Part shown: one piece after another, positions 1 to 12,000 of the stretch | How the letters are laid out: every line of letters begins with the position of its first letter | Position numbering within the stretch: the first letter of the stretch is position 1 | DNA from: Antedon mediterranea | Lineage: Eukaryota > Animalia > Echinodermata | NCBI RefSeq assembly: GCF_964355755.1 | Contig: NC_092677.1 | Location: 9,136,101 to 9,200,100 of the forward strand | DNA length: 64,000 nucleotides | Reading direction: 5' to 3' | The notes under the pieces: model-generated | The model's input: only the letters and a program-made list of their open reading frames with translations | Databases searched by the model: none | What the model was told of the DNA's origin: nothing | Translations under genes and position numbers: made by a program

Positions 1-170
1 AATGCTGTGGGTATCAGTGGCTGGATCTCAATGGAGATTAAAAAAAGGAAGCGAAAAGCTAAATCAAAACCATAAAGTAAAACAGCCAGAAAAGTTAGCA
101 GAGCTTTCGGGCAACACTAGCCCTTCATCAGTGCAAGTGATATATATACAGTATATATATATATATATAT
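1..170 (-). mobile_element. Penelope-like retroelement terminal-repeat remnant, truncated by the window edge
   Basis: The minus strand carries a minimal hammerhead core (98-134) next to a (TA)n tract (139-170). The tail motif AATGCTGTGGGTATC-n-GCTGGATCTCAA (1-31) recurs at 40214-40243. Confidence 0.6.
98..134 (-). ncRNA. Minimal type I hammerhead ribozyme
   Basis: Minus strand reads GCA-CUGAUGA-A-GGGC-UAGUGUU-GCCC-GAAA-GCUC-UGC. Both catalytic boxes are present, with a 4-bp stem II, palindromic AGCU stem III, UC cleavage site and GCA/UGC stem I. Confidence 0.7.
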
Positions 171-1226
171 TATTATTATATACGTTGTATGCAGTTAAGA
201 GGCTCCAAAATGTGTTGTTGCGCTCTGTTGCTGACACGACCGTTTGTTGTCGAATAAAATAAATGAAAAGGAAATGTCATACGATTGCGTTAATTAGAAA
301 TTAAATTTACCGGTAGTCAAATTCAAGAAAATATAAGGTACATATTTATGGTATTTTGTGTTGAAATAGGTTAATATTGTGGTATTTAGATATAACAAAT
401 GTAATACGATTGCGTTTTCATCGGTTATGTACAGTATTGATGAGTGTTGTGGTTGAAAAACAATTATAAAATAAAGTTACCGGTAGTAAAGTACAAGTGT
501 ATTTATGGTATATTTTTGTTAATAATAAGTTTAGGCCCAAATACTGTGGTATTCAGATAAAAAATATACAAGTATAATGAATATCGAACAGATATACACA
601 TTGTTTAAAATGATGATATAGATTATCATTATTCCAAAAAAAAAAACATTGTAGAAGAGAATTTAACATTCATTTGAGTTCAACAACGCAACTAAATCCA
701 AACAAGTTTTACAAAATAATAAATTTATTACCCAAAAGTATCATCATCTCTCATGTTTCTTATACAGTACTACAGTGTTATCGATGACGCTCGATAAAAC
801 CCATTCAACATCAGTCACTCTTAAACAGAAATATCCACTGTTTCAACAAATCGGTGTGTATAGTCGGCTCGCACTGCATCGATATGTGATGGCATAATAA
901 CTACCACAACTATCAGTTTAACATTTCAGGATTTAATTTAGGCCTAACGATTTATCTATAAAGTAATGCCGGAAATATATCGAAAAGTGATTTAGAAAAA
1001 CACGTGTTATAGAAGGGTTCGTCCAGTTGTTTTATAATTACAGTAATTTTCAAATTAGGGAAAAACATTTAAAGAATTCGTATAATTTACATTATTAATT
1101 ATTTTATTTTTTTAGATTCTAGAAACTGACAATGGTCAATGTTATTTGATTGATGATCTGATTTCTAATCAATAGATCGATTATCAAAAAGTGTAATAAT
1201 CGTGAATACATGTACAGTATAATGTA

Positions 1227-1267
1227 ATCATGGAGGTAAAAAATAATTTATTTTTTACCTCCATGAT
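1227..1267. repeat. Perfect 41-bp palindrome (20-bp arms, 1-nt centre)
   Basis: ATCATGGAGGTAAAAAATAA-T-TTATTTTTTACCTCCATGAT. Confidence 0.85.
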
Positions 1268-4200
1268 GTAATGCTGTATAAGTTCACACCTTTCATGCAA
1301 GTGTACGAAAAGGTCTGTTCAATAATTATAAAAGTTAAACGAGTTAAACCATGGAGGAAGGTTTTATCAAGGCAATGTTGTTAAATTACCTAGGTTTGAT
1401 TAAACTAAATTTAAAAATATGGTGTTACAGTTTTATATTTCTATAGTTATTGTTTTGTGGTATGGGTATATCGCTAATAATAGAATGGCATTTATCGGCT
1501 TAGACCGAGAACAAATTGGTTATCATGTTGCCGTATTCGTCTCGATGTAGTGCGATTTGATTTCAAACACTTACTATCATTCTTACTTTCTTACAAATTA
1601 AAATTATTACAAATTCTTAGGTAGATTAAACTTCATCTATACATATAACACACACCTTAAGTCTTTAAAAATATCATTAAAATTACAGTGTTTGTTCAGG
1701 CTTAGTTATTGACACAGGCAAGTTAGTATGTAGGCCTAAACGTTACTAGCAATAACTGCGTGGCCCATGAAACAAACTTACCCGGGTAAATGGCTAAGAC
1801 TAAATGGGACCATAGAACGAGAAAGTACAAGGCTCACAGCTTACCTTGTGTATGTAAGGCATCGACTAACCATGAAGAAATAGAATTCTACCACAGTAAT
1901 TCAAACCGAATTTACATATTATAGATCTTATATATTAGTACGCTGAGAATCGCATTCTGAGTGCAGTAATTTAAATGTACAGAACTCAGCTGGCTAATCC
2001 AATAGAAAGCAGTTACATAATAACATTTTTGGATTTATAACTTTTATAAGTTGACAATAACGAATGTAAGGAGAAATATGGATATTATCAAGGGTCTAAC
2101 ATGTCTATAGTCTAGTAAGCAAATTGCAGTACCTTTTGAAACAATATTATAGACCCTATAGAGATAGGAATAGATACTGGTTCATACTGAGTAGGCTTAA
2201 GTGGTACAGGATAGGAGGGTCAAACTGCGAAAGATATTGTAAAATAAGATAAACCCAGACGGGTATCTCAAGCAATACAAATTGTAGAAGTATAGGACTA
2301 CCTCTAATTGAAGATAAAATTACTTTGATAAATGTGAGGGAATAACCTAACCATAAATGGGCTGAATTGCTCATAGGTGTGGACGACTTGACATACAATA
2401 ATAACAATGTAAGCATTGTCCACAAATGTTAATCTCACATTTGCTGATGACACGTTTTAACATTTGCTTTAATTTTTACATTTGGGGGCAATGTTTACAT
2501 TGTGTCACAAAACGACGCTCATTCGTCTTTCAACTAGGACAGGGGCTGAGAAGAACCCAATAGGAATAATTGAATATTGGTAATGTTTACATATCATTGT
2601 ACTATAATGATCAAAGAAAGACTATACCAACATGTTTTCAACTAGCGGTACATCTATAACTTATACAATCACTAATCGTCAATTTCAGTTTATCAAATCA
2701 ATATCGTATAATGTTTTAATTATATTATCATTGATTATTGTATATTATATATTATAAGGAGTAACATACACATGGCTTAGAATCATTTTCACCAGTGGAT
2801 TACCACGAATAGTATTCATGTCTACACAGACAATAAATCTCATGATATACTGAATAGCCTCTCCTGACACTATACAATAGCCTATTCTTATTATTATTGG
2901 CTGTTGCAGTCAGCAAACACGATACTGCAGGATATTTATTGTCGTTTGACATGATACCGTACGAGAACTGGTTGTTAGTGAGCAACAATATACAGTATAT
3001 TAACGGCGATGTTCAATATAGTAACCGGTACAATATTACAGAGCGCCTCACATCGTCACGTTTTTTTAAACACGTTGTTCAGTGTACATTTCAGTTTTGA
3101 AATGAAGAAAGTAAAACTAATCGAAGAATAAAAATGTCCAAATCCCACTCTCGTCTTAAAATAACTCGTAATACCGTAGAATGTACACTTTAGAGTAAAG
3201 AGAAAACTCGAAGAACAAAATCTGATGTTAAAAGAACCCATGATAGTAGCTAGAAGCACAAAAAGTAACCAATGATATTAGAAACACAACAAGAAACCCA
3301 TGATATTAAAAAAAAAATCCATGTTATTAGGGTCAGTATTTTTCATGTTTTTGGTTGAAATTTTAATTTTGTAACCTTTAAAAAATAAAGTTGCGATAAA
3401 CGTATCGTATATCCTATAGAAATATACTACATTTAGGTAAGTTTTAAATGTATACAACTATTGTTATATCATAATATACATATTAATCTGTTGCTAACAA
3501 ATATAGTTCATTCACACACTTACTACAAAGATCATATTGAGACTTCTCACATGTTAAAGTATTTAAAATTTAGGAGAAAAAATGGAAAAGGAATATTATT
3601 GTAATTGTATATAACTACATTTAGTGAAATTGCAAAAATGTTTAATTAATTTCACGTTGAATCATAGACATTTCGGTACAATTTATCGAAAGTTAAATAA
3701 CGTGAAGATCAGAGCAAACACTTAATGTACTGTAACAGAAATCAAGACACAACTACCGATCCGATCAACTAAACAAGATCAGCTACTTAAGGGATCATGT
3801 CAAAATTGTTCTACTGCAGTTACTGCAGTACCGGTACATACATTTTTCTTTTAATTACGAATATCACTATTAGTTTGTTTCACGCAAAAAGCTGTCTGAA
3901 TAAGTAATAAAATGAGAGAGTAAAAAATGTAGTTACTGGTGCAGTAGAATAATTTTGACATGGAAATTCGATAAAAGTAAAATGGTCTTTCAGTGCATTC
4001 ATCATCACCGGTATACCTAGCAAGGAATGCTGACATGAGAACATACAATTGAGCATAGAAGCAAACTTTATAGTAGTGACTCTTAGTGATCAGGCCAATC
4101 AACGTGAAAAAGAAAAGTGCATCTCATTAGCATACAGTACACTGTATAACAATTTAACATTATTTTAATTCTTGTTTGCAATTACAATGCGACTTCTTTC

Positions 4201-5056
4201 CAGAAGATATTACAGTACAGAATCTGTATATCCTTTCGGTTAGCTTATTGCCTGTCAACGAATCTTATAGTTCACAATTATACAAGTATATAAAACTCAA
4301 TGGTTTTCAAATTCTCTACATAAAAAAAACACAATCTTGAAAAGGCCTTTAAGATAGTAGTAGTAGTAGATAATAAATATAGAAATATTAATGATCCCAA
4401 ATCACTTTCTCTTTTGGAGGCCAGCAGCCCCCTTCTCACTTTTTTTTACATATTACACACAAGAAAAAACTAGTAGGTTTTAAAGTGTTGGTAAAAAAAA
4501 AAAGAATCGACTAAGAAACAGAACCGAGTCAGTTGTTGAGACTGACTGGCTAAAAATCAAAATGGTTTGTCGACGATCAACCAGTTTTGATCTACTGTAT
4601 TAGGCATAAGCACTTATAGGCTTTATACTACAGCACTCCCAAGAACCATGCGCTGGATGATAGCATAACGATTTCTTTACCGAAAGCTATACTCTACATT
4701 GTCGTGAAATTTGGCCATATCTTTTAAAAACTGTATTTTTCTAAATTTGTATCTATCATAATCATATAAAAATATCAATTAAATAAATTACACATAGACC
4801 TACCAAAAATTGTTTTGGTATTCGATTAGTACGGTTATGTTTATCAGAAATGGGAATAACCCACAAACAAAACATGTTGATATACATTTTTTGTACATAA
4901 GGAATAATACATACATACACTTTCAATCTCTTTGACATGCAAAACTGATCACTCTCTCCACTAAAATACCTTCTTACAAATTCTTTTATAAATAATTTTT
5001 AATTAGATATTTATCTCCTGAAAGACATTCTAGCTGTATGCCACGTTACATTATAA

Positions 5057-5159
5057 TACCCGATTCACACTACAAAAATTGTTACCTTGGTACGAACATG
5101 TAAAAGCGACTTATATCTGGTAAGATACCAATGCAACATCGTGTAGTGTGAATCAGGTA
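5057..5159. mobile_element. Small palindromic MITE, PIF/Harbinger-like
   Basis: TIR TACCCGATTCACACTACA / TGTAGTGTGAATCAGGTA, flanked by TAA on both sides. Confidence 0.7.
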
Positions 5160-5195
5160 TAACAAGTGCGTACAGTACGCCACTTAAAAGACTCA

Positions 5196-5373
5196 AGCTT
5201 GGTTTCCACTAGCGACGCAATGCAAGGACGTAGACGCAACGCAAGGACGTAGACGCAACGCAAGCGAGTTGACCAATAACAAGCAACAGTTCAAATAATA
5301 CATCGCTTGTGATTGGTCAAATCATGTATGTTGTGCTTACGTCATTACGTTGCGTCCTAGTGGGAACCAAGCT
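5196..5373. mobile_element. Palindromic MITE, PIF/Harbinger-like
   Basis: TIR AGCTTGGTTTCCACTAG / CTAGTGGGAACCAAGCT; internal inverted TTGACCAAT...ATTGGTCAA; internal direct duplication of GCAAGGACGTAGACGCAAC. Confidence 0.75.
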
Positions 5374-6001
5374 TTAGGCCTACACTGTAAATGGAACTGT
5401 CCTTGATGTCAACACTCTGCAGCTAGATGACGAAATAGCACTACAGAACTGTAGAGAATCAAGTTCAATACTCATGCACAGCCTAAACAAACTTTATTGA
5501 TGTCAAATTGAAGGAAGCCCGCTTCAAATAATTCTACTGTTCAAAATCACTGGTTCAACTTCAATCTTATAAAAATTTCCTAAGCCAGCACACAAACTAG
5601 CACACAATTCAGTCAAGGTGATAAACTCATTCTTTCACTGCCAATAAGTCCAATAGAAGCCTGCTCACTGTGGGCCTGGCAGCAGTAATACCATTGTACT
5701 ATTATCCAATTCTATCCTTGCAGAAAGAGCATGTATAATCAAAATTAAAAATACACTGGCTTTACACAATGTAAAGGTTATCAACTTAAATAGTTAATTG
5801 TTAAAACCATTCCTCAAATATATTATCTTACATCGATAAAATTGTTAGAATAGAATAGTAATATATTTATATCATTTAATTGAAACACCTTTTGTTCCGT
5901 TTACGAAATTTTACAAATATAACATTTTATCATCATATTTCATTATCTCTTATGTATTCAAAATAAACTTCAATCAATTACCATTTTGTGTAGAATACCT
6001 T

Positions 6002-9000
6002 TTATGGCTTATGGGAATGAACTGTGCCATTTCCATTGAATTGAGTAAGGTCAGAGGGAGTGACCCCTGAGCCTGGACTTGAAGTCAATGGGATAGTAGG
6101 GTTGATAACGGTTACTGTTCTTGGTAGTTGATTGTTGATAACTGGCTGTTGTGCTTGTGCAAGAACCATACCTGGAGGTAATACAAATGACAGCAGACTA
6201 GGGCTTTGCGCTTGGTTTCTTTGCATCTGCAGAACATTTTGATGATGCTGAATTGAAGATACTGGTGATGATTGTTGGATAACTGTGTGAGCTAATCCAG
6301 CCTGCGCTAATCCCGTCTGACCTAATGCAGTGTGAGCTAATCCAGCCTGAGATAATCCTGTCTGATTAAATCCTGTGTGAGCTAATCCAGCCTGAGCTAA
6401 TCCTGTCTGAGTTAATCCACCATGTGCTAATCCAGGCACTGATGCAACTGATGAGGTATTTGGTTGTGAGAACGTCATCGGTATTATATATGGTTTCATA
6501 ACAGACCTATTATCAGTTACAATAACTGGAGAACCTCCTCTTACAAGTGGTGACACACCTGGACTAGGAGTTTGTCGATGTTGAATTATGATTGGATGTG
6601 CAGGACCAGGGGAGATGCTCTTAACAAGTGTTGTCGGTGTTCTTGCCAATGGTGACATTGGCTTCTCTTGCGAACCTCCAAGAGATTTGGAAAACGATGA
6701 AAACTTTCCTGATGGCGAGTGTGGAAAAAATTGGAACTTTGACATGGTTGCTGGCGACGGAACTGGCGACTTAGAATGTGGTGAGCTTGGAGAGGGCGAC
6801 AGAGTAAATTTACCTGTAATTATACCCGAACCAGACACAGATTTCTGGTCCGTAAACTGCTGGTACGTTGTTGTAAATGTAAATTTTGAGTAACCCGGTG
6901 ACTGCGGTAATCGCGAGTTTTTCATCATTGGTTGCGGTTTTAATGTTGGCGACATTGGTGTTGTGGGTGTTTCATCATCGGTTTCCATACTCCCTTGTTG
7001 GTTTTGTTGCATAATTTTCTGCCGTACTTCTCGTATTTTCAATTGCAAACACATTTTAGTTGGAAAATATGATGAATTGCGAGCTTGAAATTCTGCAGTA
7101 GCGGAAGCTATAAATAAAAAAAAAGATTTTTTTTAAATAAGCGCAACACAAAATTCTAATTAAGTGTTAACATACATAGCTTGATAGCTTACTAAAACAG
7201 AGTCGTCGTAAACAGGGTTTGAAAAAAATTAAGCAAGAAAAACAGCCCGTCATTATGCATATTGCACTAGTCCTCGTCTAGGACCTAGAAGAGAAAAAGG
7301 TGTGCTGGAATAGAGTTCAATGTCCGTGCATGTGCACAATGAATTGGGTCATAGGTCAATTAAAAGCTTCATATTGTGCTACAAATAAAATTGAACAAAC
7401 AAATTTGATCAATGCAAAATTAGAATGAACTTACTACTAGGAAAGTAGCCATGGTCCTGAAACAACTGCATGACCAGTATCCTACGGTGGTCAAGAATCT
7501 TACGAGAGTTTGAAACAGTCTTGTCATCAACATCCTCTTCAACTTCATCACCTTCAAATAAATACATCATAATTCATTTTAGATTCAGATAAAATTACAG
7601 TACATGTAAACATAAAATTCTTAAGCTCAAACAATACATGAATAACAAACTATAGTACAAAAAAACAATAAAACAAACAATTAAATTCTGGATACCAACC
7701 ACACATTTATAGTCTTAATGGCAGATGGAGAAAGCTTTTGATCTGGAACAGGGTATGTATAACATAGACCAGATGGCATGCGATAAAGTGGGAATTACCA
7801 GGATTTACAATAATGGTATATTAAAAAATAAAAGGACAATCAATTCTATTACATGTTTAGCTGGATAGAAGGTAAAATAATAACAAATAACACTTGATAC
7901 CTGAACGTTGCATAGAAGCCGCCTCTGCAAGGGTTTCCAAACCTGTACCAGTCTTCTCTCCAAACTTGAAGATGTTCTCATCTTTACCCAACACCCCTGG
8001 ATCTGAAGCTGGCTGGTGTCGTAATGGTGACCGCAGCTTTGGCGATGTTGGGTCATCAACACTGCCTAAAGTTTCCCAAAATAAAAAAGGTTTCCAAATA
8101 ACATGTGGTAGTAAATGTGATAATCAAAAAAAGGGAAATACGTAAAATTACTATTTGTTTTTACACAAGATATACCTACTTGCCTACAATCCCTGTTTGA
8201 CCCTCCTTACCCAACAAATTGCCAGGGTTCATAACTTGGAGAGAACAAAAATTCCATAACTTTTCCAAGACCAACAACTTTTATTTAAAAATACTTATTA
8301 ATGTCATTTTCCACCACCATCAAAACATTGAATTCAATTTCCATAGTTTTCTGAAACACATACAAACCCTGAATTGAAATGGTTTTGACTCGTCAATTAG
8401 TAAAGTGAAAGTAATAACTTACTTTGAGAGTTCCTTCGCTTGCGTCTGTAACTACTGACAATGACATTTGGGGTCAGCGGTATAGAGTTAATGCTCTGTT
8501 TATGCTCCTCTGGATGATATTCCGGTAACTGTGCAAATCTTGCTTCAAAATTTACTTCATCTAGCACCCTTTAAAAAAAAAAAGCATTATTTAGTACTAG
8601 CTCAGCATAAATATTTCTTTCTCAGTGTTCCTTGTAAAATTTTAAAAAAAGTAAGTAAAAAACACTTTTACTGTATTGTTGATGCAAAAAATATATATTA
8701 AAAAGGTAAAAGCCTTCAAAGGTAGCTACGGGTTTAAAATGTCTATAAAAAAATGTCTAAGGGGCTTATTTCATGATATTCATTTTACCAAATATAATTG
8801 GTAGCCAGCTAAAAATGATCGGTTTTGGCTAACCATCTTGCTTTCTGTTTACACTACTACAGAAATAATAGTCGTGCAGCTAAGCAGTGATATGGCTTAG
8901 TAATGAAGTCTTCTTACTTTTCCATGCCAGCATCTGTATTTTGCTTAATCACAGATTTACTAGGAGATCCCCTAACTTGCTCATTCTCTGCTCCAGATCC

Positions 9001-12000
9001 CTGACCAAAGCCAGAGTTCTCCTTCTTTGAACTCTTCTCCTTCCGTTCACTTGCTTGCATATGTTCCTCATCTTTAGTATGTCCATTCTTTGGTTTATAT
9101 TCTTCTTCTATTGACTTCTCTTTCTTATTGCAACTTTCTGTATTTACAACTTTTTTGCTTTTAAAATCACTGCCCAATGCACTTTCAGTCTTGCTAACAT
9201 CCATACTGCTCTCATCTACTGAATGAACCCTGATTAACTAGGGAAACAAATTTACTATTAAAATAACTTCTTAACAATGATTTTAAGATCTTGCATACAG
9301 TTTCTACACTTATAATTAACTCCAATAAATTCCAATTATGAAAGTAGTTTCAACATCTCAACAATGATATAGATTTTAAGGTCATTCAAGCAGTTCTTCA
9401 TACATTCCTAGCTCCGAGGTAATAAAACATTGGAAACGATACTCAATGTTTATTAAATGTTTATTAAATGAAAGTATTCTTACCCGTTTGTCTTTTTTGG
9501 GTGGCTTCAGTTCAGTCACCATTTCACTATACCGCTTGCCCTTACATGCTCGATGCTTCTTATCTTCTGTACTTGAGTCTCCATTTGGTCTTGCCTTCTG
9601 TGGCTCCTCAGTGTTCTTCTCTTCAGAAGCTTGCTCCGTGTCTTTACCCCCATGTGTCAATAACCCTACGTCCCTGCTGTCTTTCCACTCAGCAACGACT
9701 CCCTGCCGACAACGTAATACCTCTTCATCACCTTTTTCATTCATTGCAACTTTCCCATCGTTGATTGCACTTTTCCCATCTTGGCCCTTGGTTTCCTTAA
9801 AAAGATTCTTTTTTGCGTGCTCTACACTACTTGGTGCTGCTCTCGCATCTGAAGCATGTTCCGGTTCTGCCACAGTGCTTGTGTTCTTCATTACGACTGA
9901 ACTCCCAGATAAAGGAGTAACACTCCTCTTATTCTTTGAAACATGACCACCGTTGAGTTGTTTACTACTCGCCACTGTCTGTGCCGATGCCACTCCCTGA
10001 CTAATTGGCAATTTTGGAAGAAGCTTTGGCAAGTGTGAACTCTGAACCTGTGATGTCATTAATGTTGTTGGAATGCTGGCTAATGTGGTGGCATTTAAGG
10101 GTTTGCTCTGCAGTAGAGATGTTGAAAGTGGTATTGATCCAACCTGAATGACAGATGGTGAGACACCAGACGATGTCGTTACCACTGGAATCATCGCCAG
10201 AGCAGCTCTAACCTTTTTAGGCGGCAACATGTGTGATGTGGGTTTTGGTCTGATAGCCTGCTGCACACTACCTTGAGTACGCATACCTGCTAAAAAAAGA
10301 ATGATTGGGTTTAACGTTTTTTTAATCACCAAAAAAATTACATATATTTGTAAGCTTCCTCAAATGAGATTCTGAAGACTATTTACATAGAGAAATACCT
10401 GGTGAAACACTGGTCTTTATTACTGAAGGAGAGACAAATCCAGTTGGTGGAATGACAGCTCTTGGAGTCAGTGGCTTCAGTTGATCAGGTGCTGCCATAA
10501 CAACAGGTGACGATGGTGTGGTTTCAATAGGCTGGATAATACTGTATCTGCAAGATTTATATAAGCGTGGAAATTAATATAAACAAAATGAACGATGGGA
10601 ATGGATTACACAAAACATTTAAAATGTGTTGGTTCTATGAACTTTACATGGGTATAAGGTTAACAGCACTACAGAATGTTACAAGGAGAATATTTACATG
10701 CATAGTATCAACATACTAACACTTTATTTAAAACATGAGATAACAAAGCTTCAGGAAAGAATTGTGAGAATCAAATGCACTGAAAAATGTGGTACAAAAT
10801 ATGTGTACAGTCAACTTTTCCAATTACCGAACTCTTTAAAAACATAAAGTCTACCAAAACAAGACTTTTCTTGAGCTCTCCAAAAGGTTCAGATACAGAA
10901 TACCAGACAATTCCCAGAAATTATGTTAGATAAGTCCAATGGTGTCTGGTACAGTAATAGGAGATTTTTACATGCAGAAAAAAAAAATCAACTGAAGAGA
11001 CAGTTACCTTGTGGTTGATGGCAGCAGGAGTTTAGGTTGTATTGTGACCGCTGGTGTTACTACTGAATGGTTGCTTGGGATACCTGCTGCTGGGAAACCT
11101 GCTGCTGGGAATCCTGCTGCAATTGTTACCTTAGGGCTGCATGGCTGCGACATCAGTGTTAGAGGCTGCGGTGCATTTGCTATACGATTCTGTTTAATCA
11201 CAGCAAGTTTCTTTTTGGGTATAGTAACAGGATATTGGGTTGCAGGAGCTGCAAACTTAACTACCTGCGAAGTTGCAGATGGCATTGGTAGAATTGTAGC
11301 CTGTACCTTGTTACCCGGAAAGAGCTGCGTAGTGACAATGTTACCTGATGAGCTAACTTGTACACTAGTTTGTTGTGGTTGTAGCTGAGTAGTTCCAATT
11401 TGAACACCAGGAGCAAACTGGAACCTGCTACCAACATTAATTGATTGATTCGGAGTGGTTGCAAGCTGCAACCTTGAAGTAGATGGATTTTCATGTGTTG
11501 GTAAAATGTACTGGACTTGCCCAACAGACGTTGGCTGATTGGTAATTGATAACATCTGGTTGGCTGGTAAATGTACGCTAGCTCCTCCTTGTAATGTAAT
11601 CGTCTGTTGTGAACTTTGCAATGGTCTAGGAGAACTCGTTGTCATGCTGGAAATTTGTGATGGTATTCTAGCTTGCAAGAGATGCTGGGCAGGGTTAATA
11701 GGGGGTTGAGAATGTGAAAGGTATGATTGATCAGCAATTATGGCAGTTGCAAAGGGTTGCCCTTGAATGTTTCCAGAAGCAGTGTTTGGATTAGTAGCAG
11801 CTGGATTAAGGGTCAATGTTGCCATTACTGGAGTATTTGTTAGGAATATGGGTTGGGAATGGTTAACCTTGGCAATCTGCGCTGGAGCTGTTGATATCAG
11901 AGCTGGGGCACCAATTGCAAGCTGCATTGATGTTGGTGCATTGCTGGTGTTGATTATCAGCTTCTGTTCATTTGTCAGAAATGGTTTTTCTAGTTCAATT

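Noticed and set aside
2156-4102. Short ORFs at 2156-4102
   Set aside because: AT-rich, low-information translations with no motifs or consistent splice structure.
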